A stretch of DNA of 47,423 bases from Ignavibacteria bacterium (GCA_041694835.1 JBGFRZ010000052.1:1-47423), one strand, 5' to 3'. Counted from the stretch's first letter, positions 36,892-46,883 are shown. Notes: generated by a model not told the origin, from the letters alone. Made by a program: numbers and translations.

Positions 36892-37553
36892 CTATTCTGT
36901 TTGCTTCGCTCTAAATTTTCTTTTACGTTCAAAAAAACATCATCTATGCTTTTCGCTCCGTCGATTTCCACAAAACCAACCGGCATATTTCTTTTATAAT
37001 ACCCGATAAGAGGAGCGGTGCTTTTTCTGTATACCATCAAACGTTCTTTAATTACAGATTCGGAGTCGTCTTTGCGAATCATCAGAGAGCTGGCGCAATC
37101 GTCGCAGACTCCCTCTTTTTTCGGAAAAGGGCCCGTGAGTGTGTTGTAATTCTTTCCGCATGACGGACACGTCCTGCGGGAAGTAAGGCGACGTATAACT
37201 TCGGTGTCGTCTATATCAATATATATAACAAAATCTATTTTTTCCCCGATAACTTCCAAAAGTTTTAATAGTCCTTCGGCCTGCGCCACAGTGCGCGGAA
37301 AACCATCAAAAAGATATCCCGAATCAGCTCTTCTTTCGAACACACCTTTTATCGTCTCAAGGACGATATCGTCCGCAACGAGGCTGCCACTATCAAGCAA
37401 TCCTTTTATTTTGTTCCCGAGCGGGGTGGCTTTTCTAATCTCATCTCTGAAAATATCACCCGTCGAGATATGAACCAAACCAAACTCTTCTATAAGACGC
37501 TCCGCCTGTGTGCCCTTTCCGGCGCCTGGAGCACCCAAAAGAATTATGTTCAT
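36888..37553 (-). CDS. adk: Adenylate kinase
   Basis: GAPGAGKGTQ, DGFPRT and a Zn-binding LID (CPSC...CDDC). Confidence 0.96.
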   Translation of the reverse strand: MNIILLGAPGAGKGTQAERLIEEFGLVHISTGDIFRDEIRKATPLGNKIKGLLDSGSLVADDIVLETIKGVFERRADSGYLFDGFPRTVAQAEGLLKLLEVIGEKIDFVIYIDIDDTEVIRRLTSRRTCPSCGKNYNTLTGPFPKKEGVCDDCASSLMIRKDDSESVIKERLMVYRKSTAPLIGYYKRNMPVGFVEIDGAKSIDDVFLNVKENLERSKQNS

Positions 37554-38878
37554 CTTGCGTTGAACCATCTGCCCTTTATTCTTCCTTGTTTCATAAAGCC
37601 TTCGTAATGTCTCATAATAAGACGCGACTCTATCTGACTAATGGTATCAAGCGCAACACCGACGACTATAAGCAGCGATGTGCCTCCGAAGAAGAACGGA
37701 GCGTTGAATATCTTCCTCATATAATCGGGAAGTATCGCGATCGCCACAACCCCAATCGCTCCGCCGAGCGTTATTCTTTCGAGAATCCTTTGAATATATT
37801 GGGCGGTGTGATCGCCAGGGCGAATGCCGGGGATAAAGCCACCGCTTTTCTTCATGTTTTCGGCAAGGTCGTTAGGATTGAATGCGACCGAGTTGTAAAA
37901 ATAGCAGAAAAATATTATGAAGCCCGCAAAAATCCCCTCATAAAGCAGCCCGCCGCGGTTCCATATATCTGTAAATCTCTGTGCCCATACAGCATTTGGA
38001 AAAAATTGCGTAAGCGTCATTGGCAGGGAAAGAAGCGAAACGGCGAAGATAACGGCTATAACTCCCGACTGCTCGACTTTTAGAGGAAGAAATGTGCTCG
38101 CCCCTCCATACATCTTTCTGCCGATTATCCTTTTTGCGTACTGAACCGGTATTTTTCTCTGAGCCGTCTCAAGCCAGACCACCAATCCCACAACCACGAC
38201 TACAACCGCTAACATAATTATCACGGTAATAATTGATATTTCTTCTATTCTCAAAAGGCGTATAACGTCTTTAACTGCCGCCGGGAACTTGTCGATAATC
38301 CCTGCAAAAATTATCAGCGATATGCCGTTCCCTATGCCGAATTCGGTTATCTGTTCTCCAAGCCACATCACAAATATCGTCCCGACAACAAGGGTAATCA
38401 CCGCCATTATCGTCCAGCCGACGGATGGATCCAGAACGATGCTTCCACCTCCGGGAACGGGCATTTTCGTTATGGCAATGCTGAGCCCGAAAGCCTGAAC
38501 GACCGCAAGCAAAACGGTGAAGTATCTCGTAAGTTGGTTGATTTTTTTTCTTCCGGATTCGCCCTCTTTTGAAAGCCTGTCAAGATAAGGAAGGATATGT
38601 GCCCCCTGAAGAAGAGACATTATTATGGAAGCGTTGATATACGGCATTATTCCGAGCGAAAAAATCGAAAGCTGGCTCAATGCTCCGCCGGAAAACATGT
38701 CCATAAACCCCATAAGACTTCTTGAGTGCGCCTGAAAGAGATTTTTCAGCGCCTCGGCGTTAACGGCCGGAAGGGGGATTATGGCGCCGAGCCTGTAGGC
38801 GGCTATCACTCCCAAAGTAACAAATATCCTGTTCTTAAGCTCTGGTATCTTGAAAATATCGCCGAAAGATTTTATCAT
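37550..38878 (-). CDS. secY: Preprotein translocase SecY
   Basis: LGIMPYINASII, GIGNGISL, IPGIRPG and GGTSLLI motifs. Confidence 0.98.
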   Translation of the reverse strand: MIKSFGDIFKIPELKNRIFVTLGVIAAYRLGAIIPLPAVNAEALKNLFQAHSRSLMGFMDMFSGGALSQLSIFSLGIMPYINASIIMSLLQGAHILPYLDRLSKEGESGRKKINQLTRYFTVLLAVVQAFGLSIAITKMPVPGGGSIVLDPSVGWTIMAVITLVVGTIFVMWLGEQITEFGIGNGISLIIFAGIIDKFPAAVKDVIRLLRIEEISIITVIIMLAVVVVVVGLVVWLETAQRKIPVQYAKRIIGRKMYGGASTFLPLKVEQSGVIAVIFAVSLLSLPMTLTQFFPNAVWAQRFTDIWNRGGLLYEGIFAGFIIFFCYFYNSVAFNPNDLAENMKKSGGFIPGIRPGDHTAQYIQRILERITLGGAIGVVAIAILPDYMRKIFNAPFFFGGTSLLIVVGVALDTISQIESRLIMRHYEGFMKQGRIKGRWFNAR

Positions 38879-38880
38879 AA

Positions 38881-39318
38881 TTAGATCTCTTCGACGTTTC
38901 CGCCGGCGGATTTAATTTTACGAGCGGCTTCTTTTGAAAATTTTTCCGCTCTGACATCGAACTTCTTTGTTAGATTTCCGCCGCCCAAAACTTTGAGAGG
39001 GAGACCATTTCTGATGACGCCTTTCTGAACCAGTGCCCCTCTGTCTATTTTTGCTCCGTTTTCAAAAAGAGCCTCCAACGTGCCCACATTGACGAGCGAA
39101 TAATCTTTTGTGAATATGTTGACAAAGCCCCGTTTCGGTATAAGACGCACAAGAGGGGTTTGACCGCCCTCAAAACCGTTCATTGAAGCGTCGCCGCTCC
39201 TTGCGGTCTGACCTTTCCCGCCCCTTGTCGAGGATCTCCCGTGAACCCCGCCTCGGCCGACGACCTTTCTTTTATGTTTCGAACCATTAGCGGGCTTCAA
39301 CTGACTTAGCAAACTCAT
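38881..39318 (-). CDS. rplO: 50S ribosomal protein L15
   Basis: GRGG, FEGGQTP and PKRGF motifs. Confidence 0.96.
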   Translation of the reverse strand: MSLLSQLKPANGSKHKRKVVGRGGVHGRSSTRGGKGQTARSGDASMNGFEGGQTPLVRLIPKRGFVNIFTKDYSLVNVGTLEALFENGAKIDRGALVQKGVIRNGLPLKVLGGGNLTKKFDVRAEKFSKEAARKIKSAGGNVEEI

Positions 39319-39336
39319 TTTACTCTCCGTTATTCC

Positions 39337-39813
39337 TTAAGTTTTTGTTCTTATCTTTTCAATCTCCGACTGCGTCCTGAGCTGCTTCAACGCTTCTATC
39401 GTGGCATAGACGACATTGAACGCACTGGCGGAGCCGAGAGATTTTGTTAGTATATCTTTTATTCCGACCGCTTCCAGAACCGCTCTAACGCCAGGGCCGG
39501 CTATAACGCCGGTGCCTGGCGACGCCGGCATCAATAAAACTTTTCCCGCGCCATTTGAACCTGTGACCTCGTGGGGTATGGTCGTTCCTTTGAGAGATAC
39601 TTTTACCATCGATTTCTTTGCCTTAGAGGCGGCCTTGGAAATAGCGGACGGCACCTCCTTCGCCTTTCCAAGAGAGCATCCTACAGAGCCCTTCCCGTCG
39701 CCCACGACGACAAGTGCGTTGAACGAAAACCTCTTGCCGCCCTTGACGACTTTAGCGACGCGATTTATCACAACCGTTGTCTCTTTTAGCGCCTGTGTTT
39801 CCTGATTTTCCAT
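39337..39813 (-). CDS. rpsE: 30S ribosomal protein S5
   Basis: RVAKVVKGG and GTGVIAG motifs. Confidence 0.97.
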   Translation of the reverse strand: MENQETQALKETTVVINRVAKVVKGGKRFSFNALVVVGDGKGSVGCSLGKAKEVPSAISKAASKAKKSMVKVSLKGTTIPHEVTGSNGAGKVLLMPASPGTGVIAGPGVRAVLEAVGIKDILTKSLGSASAFNVVYATIEALKQLRTQSEIEKIRTKT

Positions 39814-39828
39814 TTATTCTTCCTTAAT

Positions 39829-40197
39829 TTAGAATTCCACGCCCGCCGAGCGAACTGCGTCGGCAAATGTTTTTACAACCCCGTGATATTTGTATCCCCT
39901 TGTGTCGAAAACAACTTTTTTTATCCCGAGAGCGACAAGTTTCTTCCCGACCGCCGCTCCAAATTTGACAGCAGCGTCTTTGCTTTTTTTTGACTTTAAC
40001 TCCTTAAAGTCATCTTTTTGTAAATTCGGCCTTGTCGATAAAAAAGCGAGCGTTTTCAAGGATGTATCGTCGATAACCTGGGCATAAAGATGCTTCAGGC
40101 TCTTTTTAAGGCAAAGCCTCGGCACTTCATTTGTGCCCGATATATGTATCCTAACGCGATTGGCCCTTCTTTGAAATTTTTCTTTTGCTGTAAGCAT
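39829..40197 (-). CDS. rplR: 50S ribosomal protein L18
   Basis: PRL, YAQVIDD, VVFD and YHG motifs. Confidence 0.95.
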   Translation of the reverse strand: MLTAKEKFQRRANRVRIHISGTNEVPRLCLKKSLKHLYAQVIDDTSLKTLAFLSTRPNLQKDDFKELKSKKSKDAAVKFGAAVGKKLVALGIKKVVFDTRGYKYHGVVKTFADAVRSAGVEF

Positions 40198-40210
40198 TTT
40201 TTAATCCTTC

Positions 40211-40804
40211 TTATTTGGTTCCGCCGGCGGCGGCGCCTGCGGCCGCTTTTCCGGCTTTCTTTATTATTCTTTCGCCTTTATATCTTATGCCTGTGCCCTT
40301 GTAAGGCTCGGGTGGCTTTATGCTTCTTATGTCCGCGGCGAATTGACCCACTTTGTATTTATCTATTCCGGATATGGTCAAAAGCGTCTGCTTGGGATCG
40401 ACGACAACTTTTAAACCATCCGGTATCTCGAGCTTTACGGGATGTGTAAACCCGACGGAAAAATTTATCTTTTTACCTTCCAAAATGGCATTAAAACCGA
40501 TGCCATGTATCTCGAGTTCCTTGCTAAAACCCTCGACAACACCCTTAATGGCGTTTTTCACAAGAGCCGCGAAAAGTCCGTGAAGAGATTTAGACGACTT
40601 TGAATTGTTAAGTCTTTTAAGTTGTATTTGCTTGCCGTCAGACCGACCGTCGGAGGGTTTTGACTCCATTATTTCAAGCTTAATAGATGGATTGAGCGTT
40701 TGCTTTATAGAACCGAGCGGCCCCTTCACCTCAAGTGCGTCGTTGCTTAAATTCACCGTAACTTTTTCGGGCACCTTTATTGGTTTTTTTGCTAATCTGC
40801 TCAT
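40211..40804 (-). CDS. rplF: 50S ribosomal protein L6
   Basis: MSRLAKKP, KGPLG and PEPYKGTG. Start at 40804, since the longer ORF start is repeat-derived. Confidence 0.96.
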   Translation of the reverse strand: MSRLAKKPIKVPEKVTVNLSNDALEVKGPLGSIKQTLNPSIKLEIMESKPSDGRSDGKQIQLKRLNNSKSSKSLHGLFAALVKNAIKGVVEGFSKELEIHGIGFNAILEGKKINFSVGFTHPVKLEIPDGLKVVVDPKQTLLTISGIDKYKVGQFAADIRSIKPPEPYKGTGIRYKGERIIKKAGKAAAGAAAGGTK

Positions 40805-40883
40805 ATATTTATTCACTCCACTAACATAGATACGAGAAACAAGAGTGATAGAAGAATAAGAAAGACATGGCACTAACTCCATA

Positions 40884-41030
40884 GTGCACAAGAGCGCAAG
40901 GGCACAAGAACACAAGTCAGGGCAGCAGAGCAGCGGTGGCTCGTGGTTCGTTTCATCCAGTCACCAGCCACCATCCACTATTCGCTATTTGCTATTCACT
41001 ATACGCTATTCTCTCACCTCTCACCTCTAT
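40884..41030. repeat. Dispersed repeat element between rpsH and rplF
   Basis: 40892-41028 matches 26686-26822 with 4 mismatches over 137 nt (manual alignment). Confidence 0.92.
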
Positions 41031-41429
41031 CTACCAAACATAACCTATCACTTCGCCACCGAGTTTATTTGTTCTCGCGTTTGCGTCCGTCATAATGCCT
41101 TGCGGGGTTGATATTAAAACTACGGCCATTCCTCTTTTTATAGCGGGAAGTTCTCCGCTTCTTCTATAGACCCTTTTGCCGGATTTGCTTATTCTGTGTA
41201 TTTCTTTGAGAACCGGTTCCTTATCCTGGGTATATTTAAGATATACCCTAAGAATTCCCTGCTTATAATCGTCGATTACCTTGTAATTGCTTATGAATCC
41301 CTCCTCTTTCAGTATTTTTGAAAGTGCTATTTTAACTTTAGACGCAGGGACGTCAACCTTCTCCTTTAATTTTCTGTTCGCATTTCTTATCGCTGTAAAA
41401 AAATCCGCTATCGGGTCTGTTATAGGCAT
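41031..41429 (-). CDS. rpsH: 30S ribosomal protein S8
   Basis: DPIAD, ILKEEGFI, STPQG and GGEV motifs. Confidence 0.97.
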   Translation of the reverse strand: MPITDPIADFFTAIRNANRKLKEKVDVPASKVKIALSKILKEEGFISNYKVIDDYKQGILRVYLKYTQDKEPVLKEIHRISKSGKRVYRRSGELPAIKRGMAVVLISTPQGIMTDANARTNKLGGEVIGYVW

Positions 41430-41478
41430 ATTATTCGCTCCACTCATATAGAGGCGAGATTACGGAAATCAGAGCACA

Positions 41479-41558
41479 AGGCACAAGGGCACAAGTGCAT
41501 AGTAGTTTATAGTAGTTCGCTATTTGCTATTCACTATTTGCTATTCGCTATCCTCTAT
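41479..41558. repeat. Repeat element between rpsN and rpsH
   Basis: gcacaag gcacaagg gcacaag followed by ttcgcta tttgcta ttcacta tttgcta ttcgcta tcctcta. Confidence 0.85.
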
Positions 41559-41559
41559 T

Positions 41560-41745
41560 TTACCAACTTGATTTTCTTACGCCCGGGATATCTCCACGCG
41601 ACGCAAGATTTCTGAAGCATATCCTGCAAATACCGAAATCCCTCAAAAATCCTCGCGGACGGCCGCAGAGGCTACATCTGTTCCTGTGCCGCACAGAAAA
41701 TTTCTTTTGTTTTTTTGATTTCGCTATCCAAGCTATTGTTGCCAT
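41560..41745 (-). CDS. rpsZ: 30S ribosomal protein S14, type Z
   Basis: RCSLCGRPR...CRICFR...PGVRKSSW. 61 aa from the ATG that has an AGGAG RBS. Confidence 0.96.
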   Translation of the reverse strand: MATIAWIAKSKKQKKFSVRHRNRCSLCGRPRGFLRDFGICRICFRNLASRGDIPGVRKSSW

Positions 41746-41760
41746 TGAAACTCCTGATTT

Positions 41761-41818
41761 CGTGGCTTGTGGCTCGTTACTCGTGACTCGTTTTTCCCAG
41801 TCACCAGCCACTAATCAC
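41761..41818. repeat. GTGGCTC/CAGCCAC heptamer hairpin between rplE and rpsZ
   Basis: gtggctt gtggctc gttactc gtgactc gtttttcc cagtcac cagccac taatcac. The core is shared with 26730-26766 and 40936-40972. Confidence 0.85.
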
Positions 41819-41824
41819 TTTTAT

Positions 41825-42388
41825 CTATCCTCTTTTCTTAAACGGCATTCCGAAAAACTTCAAAAGTTCGAGGGCGTGTTCATCGGTTTTTGCCGAAGTG
41901 CAAATGGTTATGTTCATCCCTCTTGCATGATCGGATTTTTCAACATTTATCTCGGGGAAAATGTACTGCTCCGTCAAACCGAGGTTGTAATTGCCGCCAC
42001 CGTCGAAACTTTTCGGTTCGACTCCTTTGAAATCCCTTATTCGGGGCATGGCGATGTTTATCAGCCTGTCAAAAAACTCGTACATCCTGTCCCGACGCAA
42101 AGTAACTTTCAGCCCTATTGGCATACCCTCTCTGATTTTGAAGTTCGATATCGATTCCTTCGCCCTTCGCACATGGGGTTTCTGCCCCGCGATACAAGAG
42201 AGCTCTGATGCGGCGATGTCCATCACCTTTATGTTTTCTTTTGCTTCGCCAACACCTATGTTTATCACTATTTTTTTGAGCCGAGGAACTTCGTACACAT
42301 TTGAATAACCGAATTTATCTATCATCGCCGGTATGATTTTGTCTTTATATATTTGTTTCAATCTCGGTGTATAATCGGTCCTTTTCAT
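41825..42388 (-). CDS. rplE: 50S ribosomal protein L5
   Basis: [17 protein letters not shown] and FPEI motifs. Confidence 0.97.
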   Translation of the reverse strand: MKRTDYTPRLKQIYKDKIIPAMIDKFGYSNVYEVPRLKKIVINIGVGEAKENIKVMDIAASELSCIAGQKPHVRRAKESISNFKIREGMPIGLKVTLRRDRMYEFFDRLINIAMPRIRDFKGVEPKSFDGGGNYNLGLTEQYIFPEINVEKSDHARGMNITICTSAKTDEHALELLKFFGMPFKKRG

Positions 42389-42402
42389 TTATCTTACCTC
42401 TA

Positions 42403-42714
42403 TCAAAGTATTACTTCTGCGCAATTCTTGCAAATCCTGACTTTTTTCCCGTCTGAAAGTTTATCGAACTTTATGCGAGACGGACGGCTGCACTTCGGAC
42501 ATACAACTACCAACTTTGATAATTGAATGGGCCTTTCAAGGTCGACGATTCCACCCGGTTCTTTCTGCGTTGGTTTTTTGTGTTTTTTCGCTATATTTAT
42601 TTTGGAAACAATGGCAGTCAGTTTATCGGGAAACACTTTTAAAACTTCGCCGGTTTTTCCCTTGTCGTCACCGGATATGACGAACACCTTGTCTTTTTTC
42701 TTTAATGTCAGCAT
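42403..42714 (-). CDS. rplX: 50S ribosomal protein L24
   Basis: KOW motif DKVFVISGDDKGKTG and KKHKKP. Confidence 0.96.
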   Translation of the reverse strand: MLTLKKKDKVFVISGDDKGKTGEVLKVFPDKLTAIVSKINIAKKHKKPTQKEPGGIVDLERPIQLSKLVVVCPKCSRPSRIKFDKLSDGKKVRICKNCAEVIL

Positions 42715-43709
42715 CTATTCGCTCCACGATTTCTGTTTGAAAGATATTCCCTTCTTTCTTCCAAAAATGTTAATTGTGATGACAATAGGTCATATTCAAT
42801 TTTACCAGATTTTTTGTCGACATCTTGTAATGTTATGAGATTATTATATGTTTTAAGTTTTTCAATAGATTTGTTGACAAAATATTTATTTATATCGCAG
42901 CCGATAAATTTTCTATTGTAGGCAATAGACAATTCAAGCATTGTTCCCGAACCGAGAAATGGTTCAAAGACGGTATCTCCATCATCGGTTACAGCCAACA
43001 ACAATCTTTTTACTATTTTGCTCGGGAAAGTTGCTGTATGACCGGATTTTGGTTCAGGAGATGCGAGCCAAACCTGATTATCTAATCTCAATTTACCACT
43101 TTGACCAATTACCATAAATGCCCTTGAATTAAATTTATATTTCCCTTTCTTTGTGAAATGCAGTATGTACTCGGCACTTTGTCTGACTCTATCTTTAACA
43201 TTTTCTGGCATTGGATTTGGTTTCTCCCATATTATCTGCTGTCTCCAAATATATCCTTTATCCACCAATCCAATTGCAATCCTGTACGGTATGCCACATA
43301 GCGATTTATTTTTAATTATATCGTGCCGCGCTGTTACCGAACTTGTATTTCCCTGCCCCCTTGAATCCAGCCCGTGTCGACGATATGATACATCTTTATT
43401 GTGTTCCCAATGATTATGATGTGCCCTTGAAACACCGCTCCCCATATAACTGTCTTGAATGACGACGAAAAGTGAACCGTCATCTTTCATAATTTCCAAA
43501 AGTTTTGCAAATAACTTTACATTTTTATTGATGTAATCTTCTAAACTCTCAACACCAAATTCTCTTCCGTCGTCGGTAAAACTCCGTTTGCCCCAATAAG
43601 TGGGACTCGTAATAACTGCTTGAATTATATTTTGGGGCAACTCTTGAATGCACTCAAAAACATCCGAACAATACAACTTTATTTTTTTATCAGAATATAT
43701 CAAAGACAT
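42708..43709 (-). CDS. Site-specific DNA methyltransferase, N4-C/N6-A, beta-class order
   Basis: Catalytic motif IV variant TSPTY near the N-terminus. IIWEKPNPMP and HTATFP. SAM-binding EPFLGSGT near the C-terminus. AT-rich relative to the flanks. Confidence 0.92.
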   Translation of the reverse strand: MSLIYSDKKIKLYCSDVFECIQELPQNIIQAVITSPTYWGKRSFTDDGREFGVESLEDYINKNVKLFAKLLEIMKDDGSLFVVIQDSYMGSGVSRAHHNHWEHNKDVSYRRHGLDSRGQGNTSSVTARHDIIKNKSLCGIPYRIAIGLVDKGYIWRQQIIWEKPNPMPENVKDRVRQSAEYILHFTKKGKYKFNSRAFMVIGQSGKLRLDNQVWLASPEPKSGHTATFPSKIVKRLLLAVTDDGDTVFEPFLGSGTMLELSIAYNRKFIGCDINKYFVNKSIEKLKTYNNLITLQDVDKKSGKIEYDLLSSQLTFLEERREYLSNRNRGANRC

Positions 43710-44428
43710 TTTCCCACCATTAAATTACCGATGTCCTGATTGTTTGCTTGTATAACGGTATGTTTCTCGGGATATGCTAAAGCGCACTTAATACAATCGC
43801 TTTTATTACAAACATTGCATATTTTATTTTTCTCTGCATTGATATATACAGATAAAACCTGCCAATTATCCAAATCATCTTTTCCACCTTTTGAGATAGG
43901 AACCCGGTGGTCATATGTTGGAATCACTAATGACTTGCAAAAATAATGAACATCTTTTAATCCGCGATTTAAGACAATGCTCGTAATGTTACATCTCCCT
44001 TTAAAATTGTTAAATATTTGAACTTGTTGTTTGGCGGTTAAACCTCTGCGATATTCAGGTATTGATAAAGCAATAAATCGAGAAGTGTCTATATGACCGT
44101 AATACTTAAAAAGTTTTTCAATGTCCAATTTCAAATTCATTACCCTTTTTTCGTCTCTTTTCTCAAGTAAAAAATTTCCAAAGCCATTACCGAGCCTCAA
44201 ATCAGAATGTGCCCTATTAGGGTCATTTAGAATCCCGTCTAATCGATGAATATTGATAAAATTTGGATACGCTTTTAAAAGTTCTTTCAGCACAGTAAAA
44301 GCTCTCTTTATTTTCAACTGAAACTTTAATACCTTGTGGTTATACTCTATTTCAATCTGCTTTTTCTTTTTGCTCAGTATTTTATAACTATAATTCTTCA
44401 TAATAACTTTGGTCATAGCACGTACCAT
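43700..44428 (-). CDS. HNH endonuclease, probable cognate restriction enzyme
   Basis: DHRVPISKGG..DNWQVL...N..KN HNH core followed by CNVC...CIKCALAYPE. Overlaps the MTase start. Start codon uncertain (44401-44431). Confidence 0.8.
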   Translation of the reverse strand: MVRAMTKVIMKNYSYKILSKKKKQIEIEYNHKVLKFQLKIKRAFTVLKELLKAYPNFINIHRLDGILNDPNRAHSDLRLGNGFGNFLLEKRDEKRVMNLKLDIEKLFKYYGHIDTSRFIALSIPEYRRGLTAKQQVQIFNNFKGRCNITSIVLNRGLKDVHYFCKSLVIPTYDHRVPISKGGKDDLDNWQVLSVYINAEKNKICNVCNKSDCIKCALAYPEKHTVIQANNQDIGNLMVGKCL

Positions 44429-44451
44429 CAATTAACAAAGCATCAAACACT

Positions 44452-44820
44452 TCACACAACTTCAGGGGCGAGGGATATTATTTTTAAATAATTTTTCTCT
44501 CTAAGCTCTCTTGCCACCGGGCCGAATATTCTTGTTCCCTTAGGTTCGCCGTTGTTATCGATGACGACAGCAGCGTTGTCGTCGAATTTCACATATGTGC
44601 CGTCGGCTCTTCTTTTTTCCTTCTTTGTCCTGACAATAACCGCTTTTACGACCTCACCTTTTTTTATGGCCGCGAAAGGGGTGGCTATCTGGACTGAAGC
44701 GACTATGATATCCCCAAGAGAGGCGTATCTTTTTTTAGAGCCGCCAAGCACTCTAAAACATCTGATTATTCTGGCCCCCGAGTTATCCGCGACTTTCAGC
44801 AAACTTCTTTCCTGTATCAT
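44452..44820 (-). CDS. rplN: 50S ribosomal protein L14
   Basis: VADNSGA, FDDNAAV and GTRIFGPV motifs. Confidence 0.98.
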   Translation of the reverse strand: MIQERSLLKVADNSGARIIRCFRVLGGSKKRYASLGDIIVASVQIATPFAAIKKGEVVKAVIVRTKKEKRRADGTYVKFDDNAAVVIDNNGEPKGTRIFGPVARELREKNYLKIISLAPEVV

Positions 44821-44860
44821 ATTTTCTCCGGCGAAATCCTACCGGCGGTACTCTGTATCA

Positions 44861-45118
44861 TCACGTTTTGGATTGCAACGTATTTTTCACTTCGACAATA
44901 TTCCACCTCTTTAATTTCGAAAGTGGGCGCGTTTCCTCGATTTTCACAGAATCTCCGACTTTACTCCGGTTTTTTTCGTCGTGGGCGTATAATTTAGTTT
45001 TTCTCCTCAAAACCTTTTCATATTTAGGGTGAGAAAAAACTCGTTCGATCTCTATAACCCTTGTCTTATTCATTTTGTCGCCGACAACTTTTCCGAGCAT
45101 ACTCTTCTTTTTTATCAT
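44861..45118 (-). CDS. rpsQ: 30S ribosomal protein S17
   Basis: GKVV.DKM, HPKY and ETRPLSK motifs. Confidence 0.96.
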   Translation of the reverse strand: MIKKKSMLGKVVGDKMNKTRVIEIERVFSHPKYEKVLRRKTKLYAHDEKNRSKVGDSVKIEETRPLSKLKRWNIVEVKNTLQSKT

Positions 45119-45136
45119 CATCCGCCTCGCAAAATT

Positions 45137-45331
45137 TTACGCTTTTTGTTTCAAAATGGTGTTTACCCTCGCTATCATCCTTCTTGTCGCTCTTATCTCA
45201 AGCGGATTTTTTACCTTGGTATAAGAATTTCTATACTTGAGATCGAAAAGATTTTTTTTAAGTGAATCAAGCTTTGACAACAGCTCTTCTTTCGTATAAT
45301 TCTTCAACTGACTCCATTCTTTTGACTTCAT
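45137..45331 (-). CDS. rpmC: 50S ribosomal protein L29
   Basis: 64 aa with LFDLK and IARVNT, between rplP and rpsQ. Confidence 0.93.
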   Translation of the reverse strand: MKSKEWSQLKNYTKEELLSKLDSLKKNLFDLKYRNSYTKVKNPLEIRATRRMIARVNTILKQKA

Positions 45332-45347
45332 CGCCGATTGCCTCTTT

Positions 45348-45752
45348 TTATCTTGTTACAAACTTCGACTTGACGGGCAGTTTGTGGCCGACCTGTCTGA
45401 AAGCTTCCTTGGCTTCCTCAAGAGGGAGGCCTTCCATCTCAAACATAACCTTCCCAGGCTTCACATTTGCCACCCAGTACTCCGGATTTCCTTTCCCTTT
45501 TCCCATCCTTGTTTCGGCAGGTTTCTTGGTAATAGGCTTGTCGGGAAAAATTCTTATCCAGACTTTGCCTCCCTTTTTTGTAAATCTGGTAAGGGTCAGT
45601 CTGCATGATTCTATGTGGCGGCTTGTAATGCGTCCCCTTTCAAGTGTCATTAAACCGTACTGACCGAAAGAAACGGTCGTACCTCTCTTCGCTTTCCCCC
45701 TTATCACACCTTTCTGCGACTTCCTGTATTTTACTCTTTTAGGCATTAACAT
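45348..45752 (-). CDS. rplP: 50S ribosomal protein L16
   Basis: MLMPKR and RMGKGKG motifs. Confidence 0.98.
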   Translation of the reverse strand: MLMPKRVKYRKSQKGVIRGKAKRGTTVSFGQYGLMTLERGRITSRHIESCRLTLTRFTKKGGKVWIRIFPDKPITKKPAETRMGKGKGNPEYWVANVKPGKVMFEMEGLPLEEAKEAFRQVGHKLPVKSKFVTR

Positions 45753-45787
45753 TTTTTTATCCTTATGTCCTACATAACCAGCTGGCG

Positions 45788-46522
45788 CTATTCTTCTATT
45801 ATACCCTCAACGGGAGGTTTTGAAGCATCTGTCTCAGAAAGTTTTTCTTTATCAACGGGAGCGACATCGGCCATCAAATCAGCATCGGTCTTTTTGAAAT
45901 GCTCCTTCCTAAAAATCCACACTTTTACTCCTATGTTGCCGAGTTTGGTTCGGGATTCGGCGAATCCATAATCTATATCCGCCCTGAACGTGGCCAGTGG
46001 AAGCCTCCCTTCCTGAAGCCACTCTGACCTGGCTATCTCGGCGCCGGCAAGACGCCCGGATACCTTTATTTTTATTCCTTCGGCTCCCGAGGCAAGAGCC
46101 TTTTCAATCGCTTTCTTCATCGCTCTTCTGTACGCTACCTGTTTTTCAATAGCGAAAGCAACGGATTCGGCAACAAGCTGAGCATCTATCTCCGGCTTTT
46201 TTATCTCAAGGACGTTTATTTCAACATTTTGATTTGTCAGTTCCTGAATATCTGTCTTTAAACGTTCTATTTCAAGGCCCTGCCTTCCTATGACAACACC
46301 GGGTCGCGATGTAAGAATTATTATCTTAAGATATTTCCCGGCGCCCATCCTCTCAATGATTACTTTGGATATCCCTGCGCCATAAAGTTTATTTTTTATG
46401 AATTGTCTTATTTTAAAGTCCTCTTCTATCCAGAGCGGAGCGTTTTTCAGATCAAACCACTTCGAGTCCCAATCTCTTATATAGCCAAGCCTTAACGATT
46501 TAGGATGAACTTTTTGTCCCAT
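45788..46522 (-). CDS. rpsC: 30S ribosomal protein S3
   Basis: MGQKVHP, RPGVVIG and [10 protein letters not shown] motifs. Confidence 0.98.
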   Translation of the reverse strand: MGQKVHPKSLRLGYIRDWDSKWFDLKNAPLWIEEDFKIRQFIKNKLYGAGISKVIIERMGAGKYLKIIILTSRPGVVIGRQGLEIERLKTDIQELTNQNVEINVLEIKKPEIDAQLVAESVAFAIEKQVAYRRAMKKAIEKALASGAEGIKIKVSGRLAGAEIARSEWLQEGRLPLATFRADIDYGFAESRTKLGNIGVKVWIFRKEHFKKTDADLMADVAPVDKEKLSETDASKPPVEGIIEE

Positions 46523-46542
46523 AAAAACTCCAAGTGTTTGCG

Positions 46543-46875
46543 TTAATTTATTTTATCACTTAAAATTATTGTAAGATGGCACGTCTTCCTTCTATAAGGC
46601 ATGCCTCGGCCCATAGGTCCGGCTCTAAACCTTTTCAAGAAAACGCCTTTCCCCACCGAAGCTTCTTTGATGAAAATATTCTTGGGGTCGGCGTTCTTGC
46701 CGATGTTGGCAAATGCGCTCTTGAGCGTTTTTTCGACTACTTCCGACGACACTTTCAACGTAACTGAAAGTGTTGTAAACGCATCTTGTACGGATTTATT
46801 CCTTATAAGCCCAAGAATCTGATTGACTTTTCTCGGACTGTATCTGACAAATCTGGCAATTGCTTTTGATTCCAT
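46543..46875 (-). CDS. rplV: 50S ribosomal protein L22
   Basis: RYSPRKV, KSAFAN and CHLTI motifs. Confidence 0.96.
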   Translation of the reverse strand: MESKAIARFVRYSPRKVNQILGLIRNKSVQDAFTTLSVTLKVSSEVVEKTLKSAFANIGKNADPKNIFIKEASVGKGVFLKRFRAGPMGRGMPYRRKTCHLTIILSDKIN

Positions 46876-46883
46876 ACTGTTTT

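Noticed and set aside
40805-40915. Long N-terminal extensions in the ORF track for rplF, and likewise nrnA, GT4, rpsZ, rpsS and rpoA
   Set aside because: Canonical N-termini lie downstream, most with a visible RBS. The extensions run through repeats or intergenic DNA.
26686-41028. Diversity-generating retroelement template/variable repeat pair
   Set aside because: Both copies are intergenic, only two of the four differences involve A on this strand, and no reverse transcriptase is present in the window.
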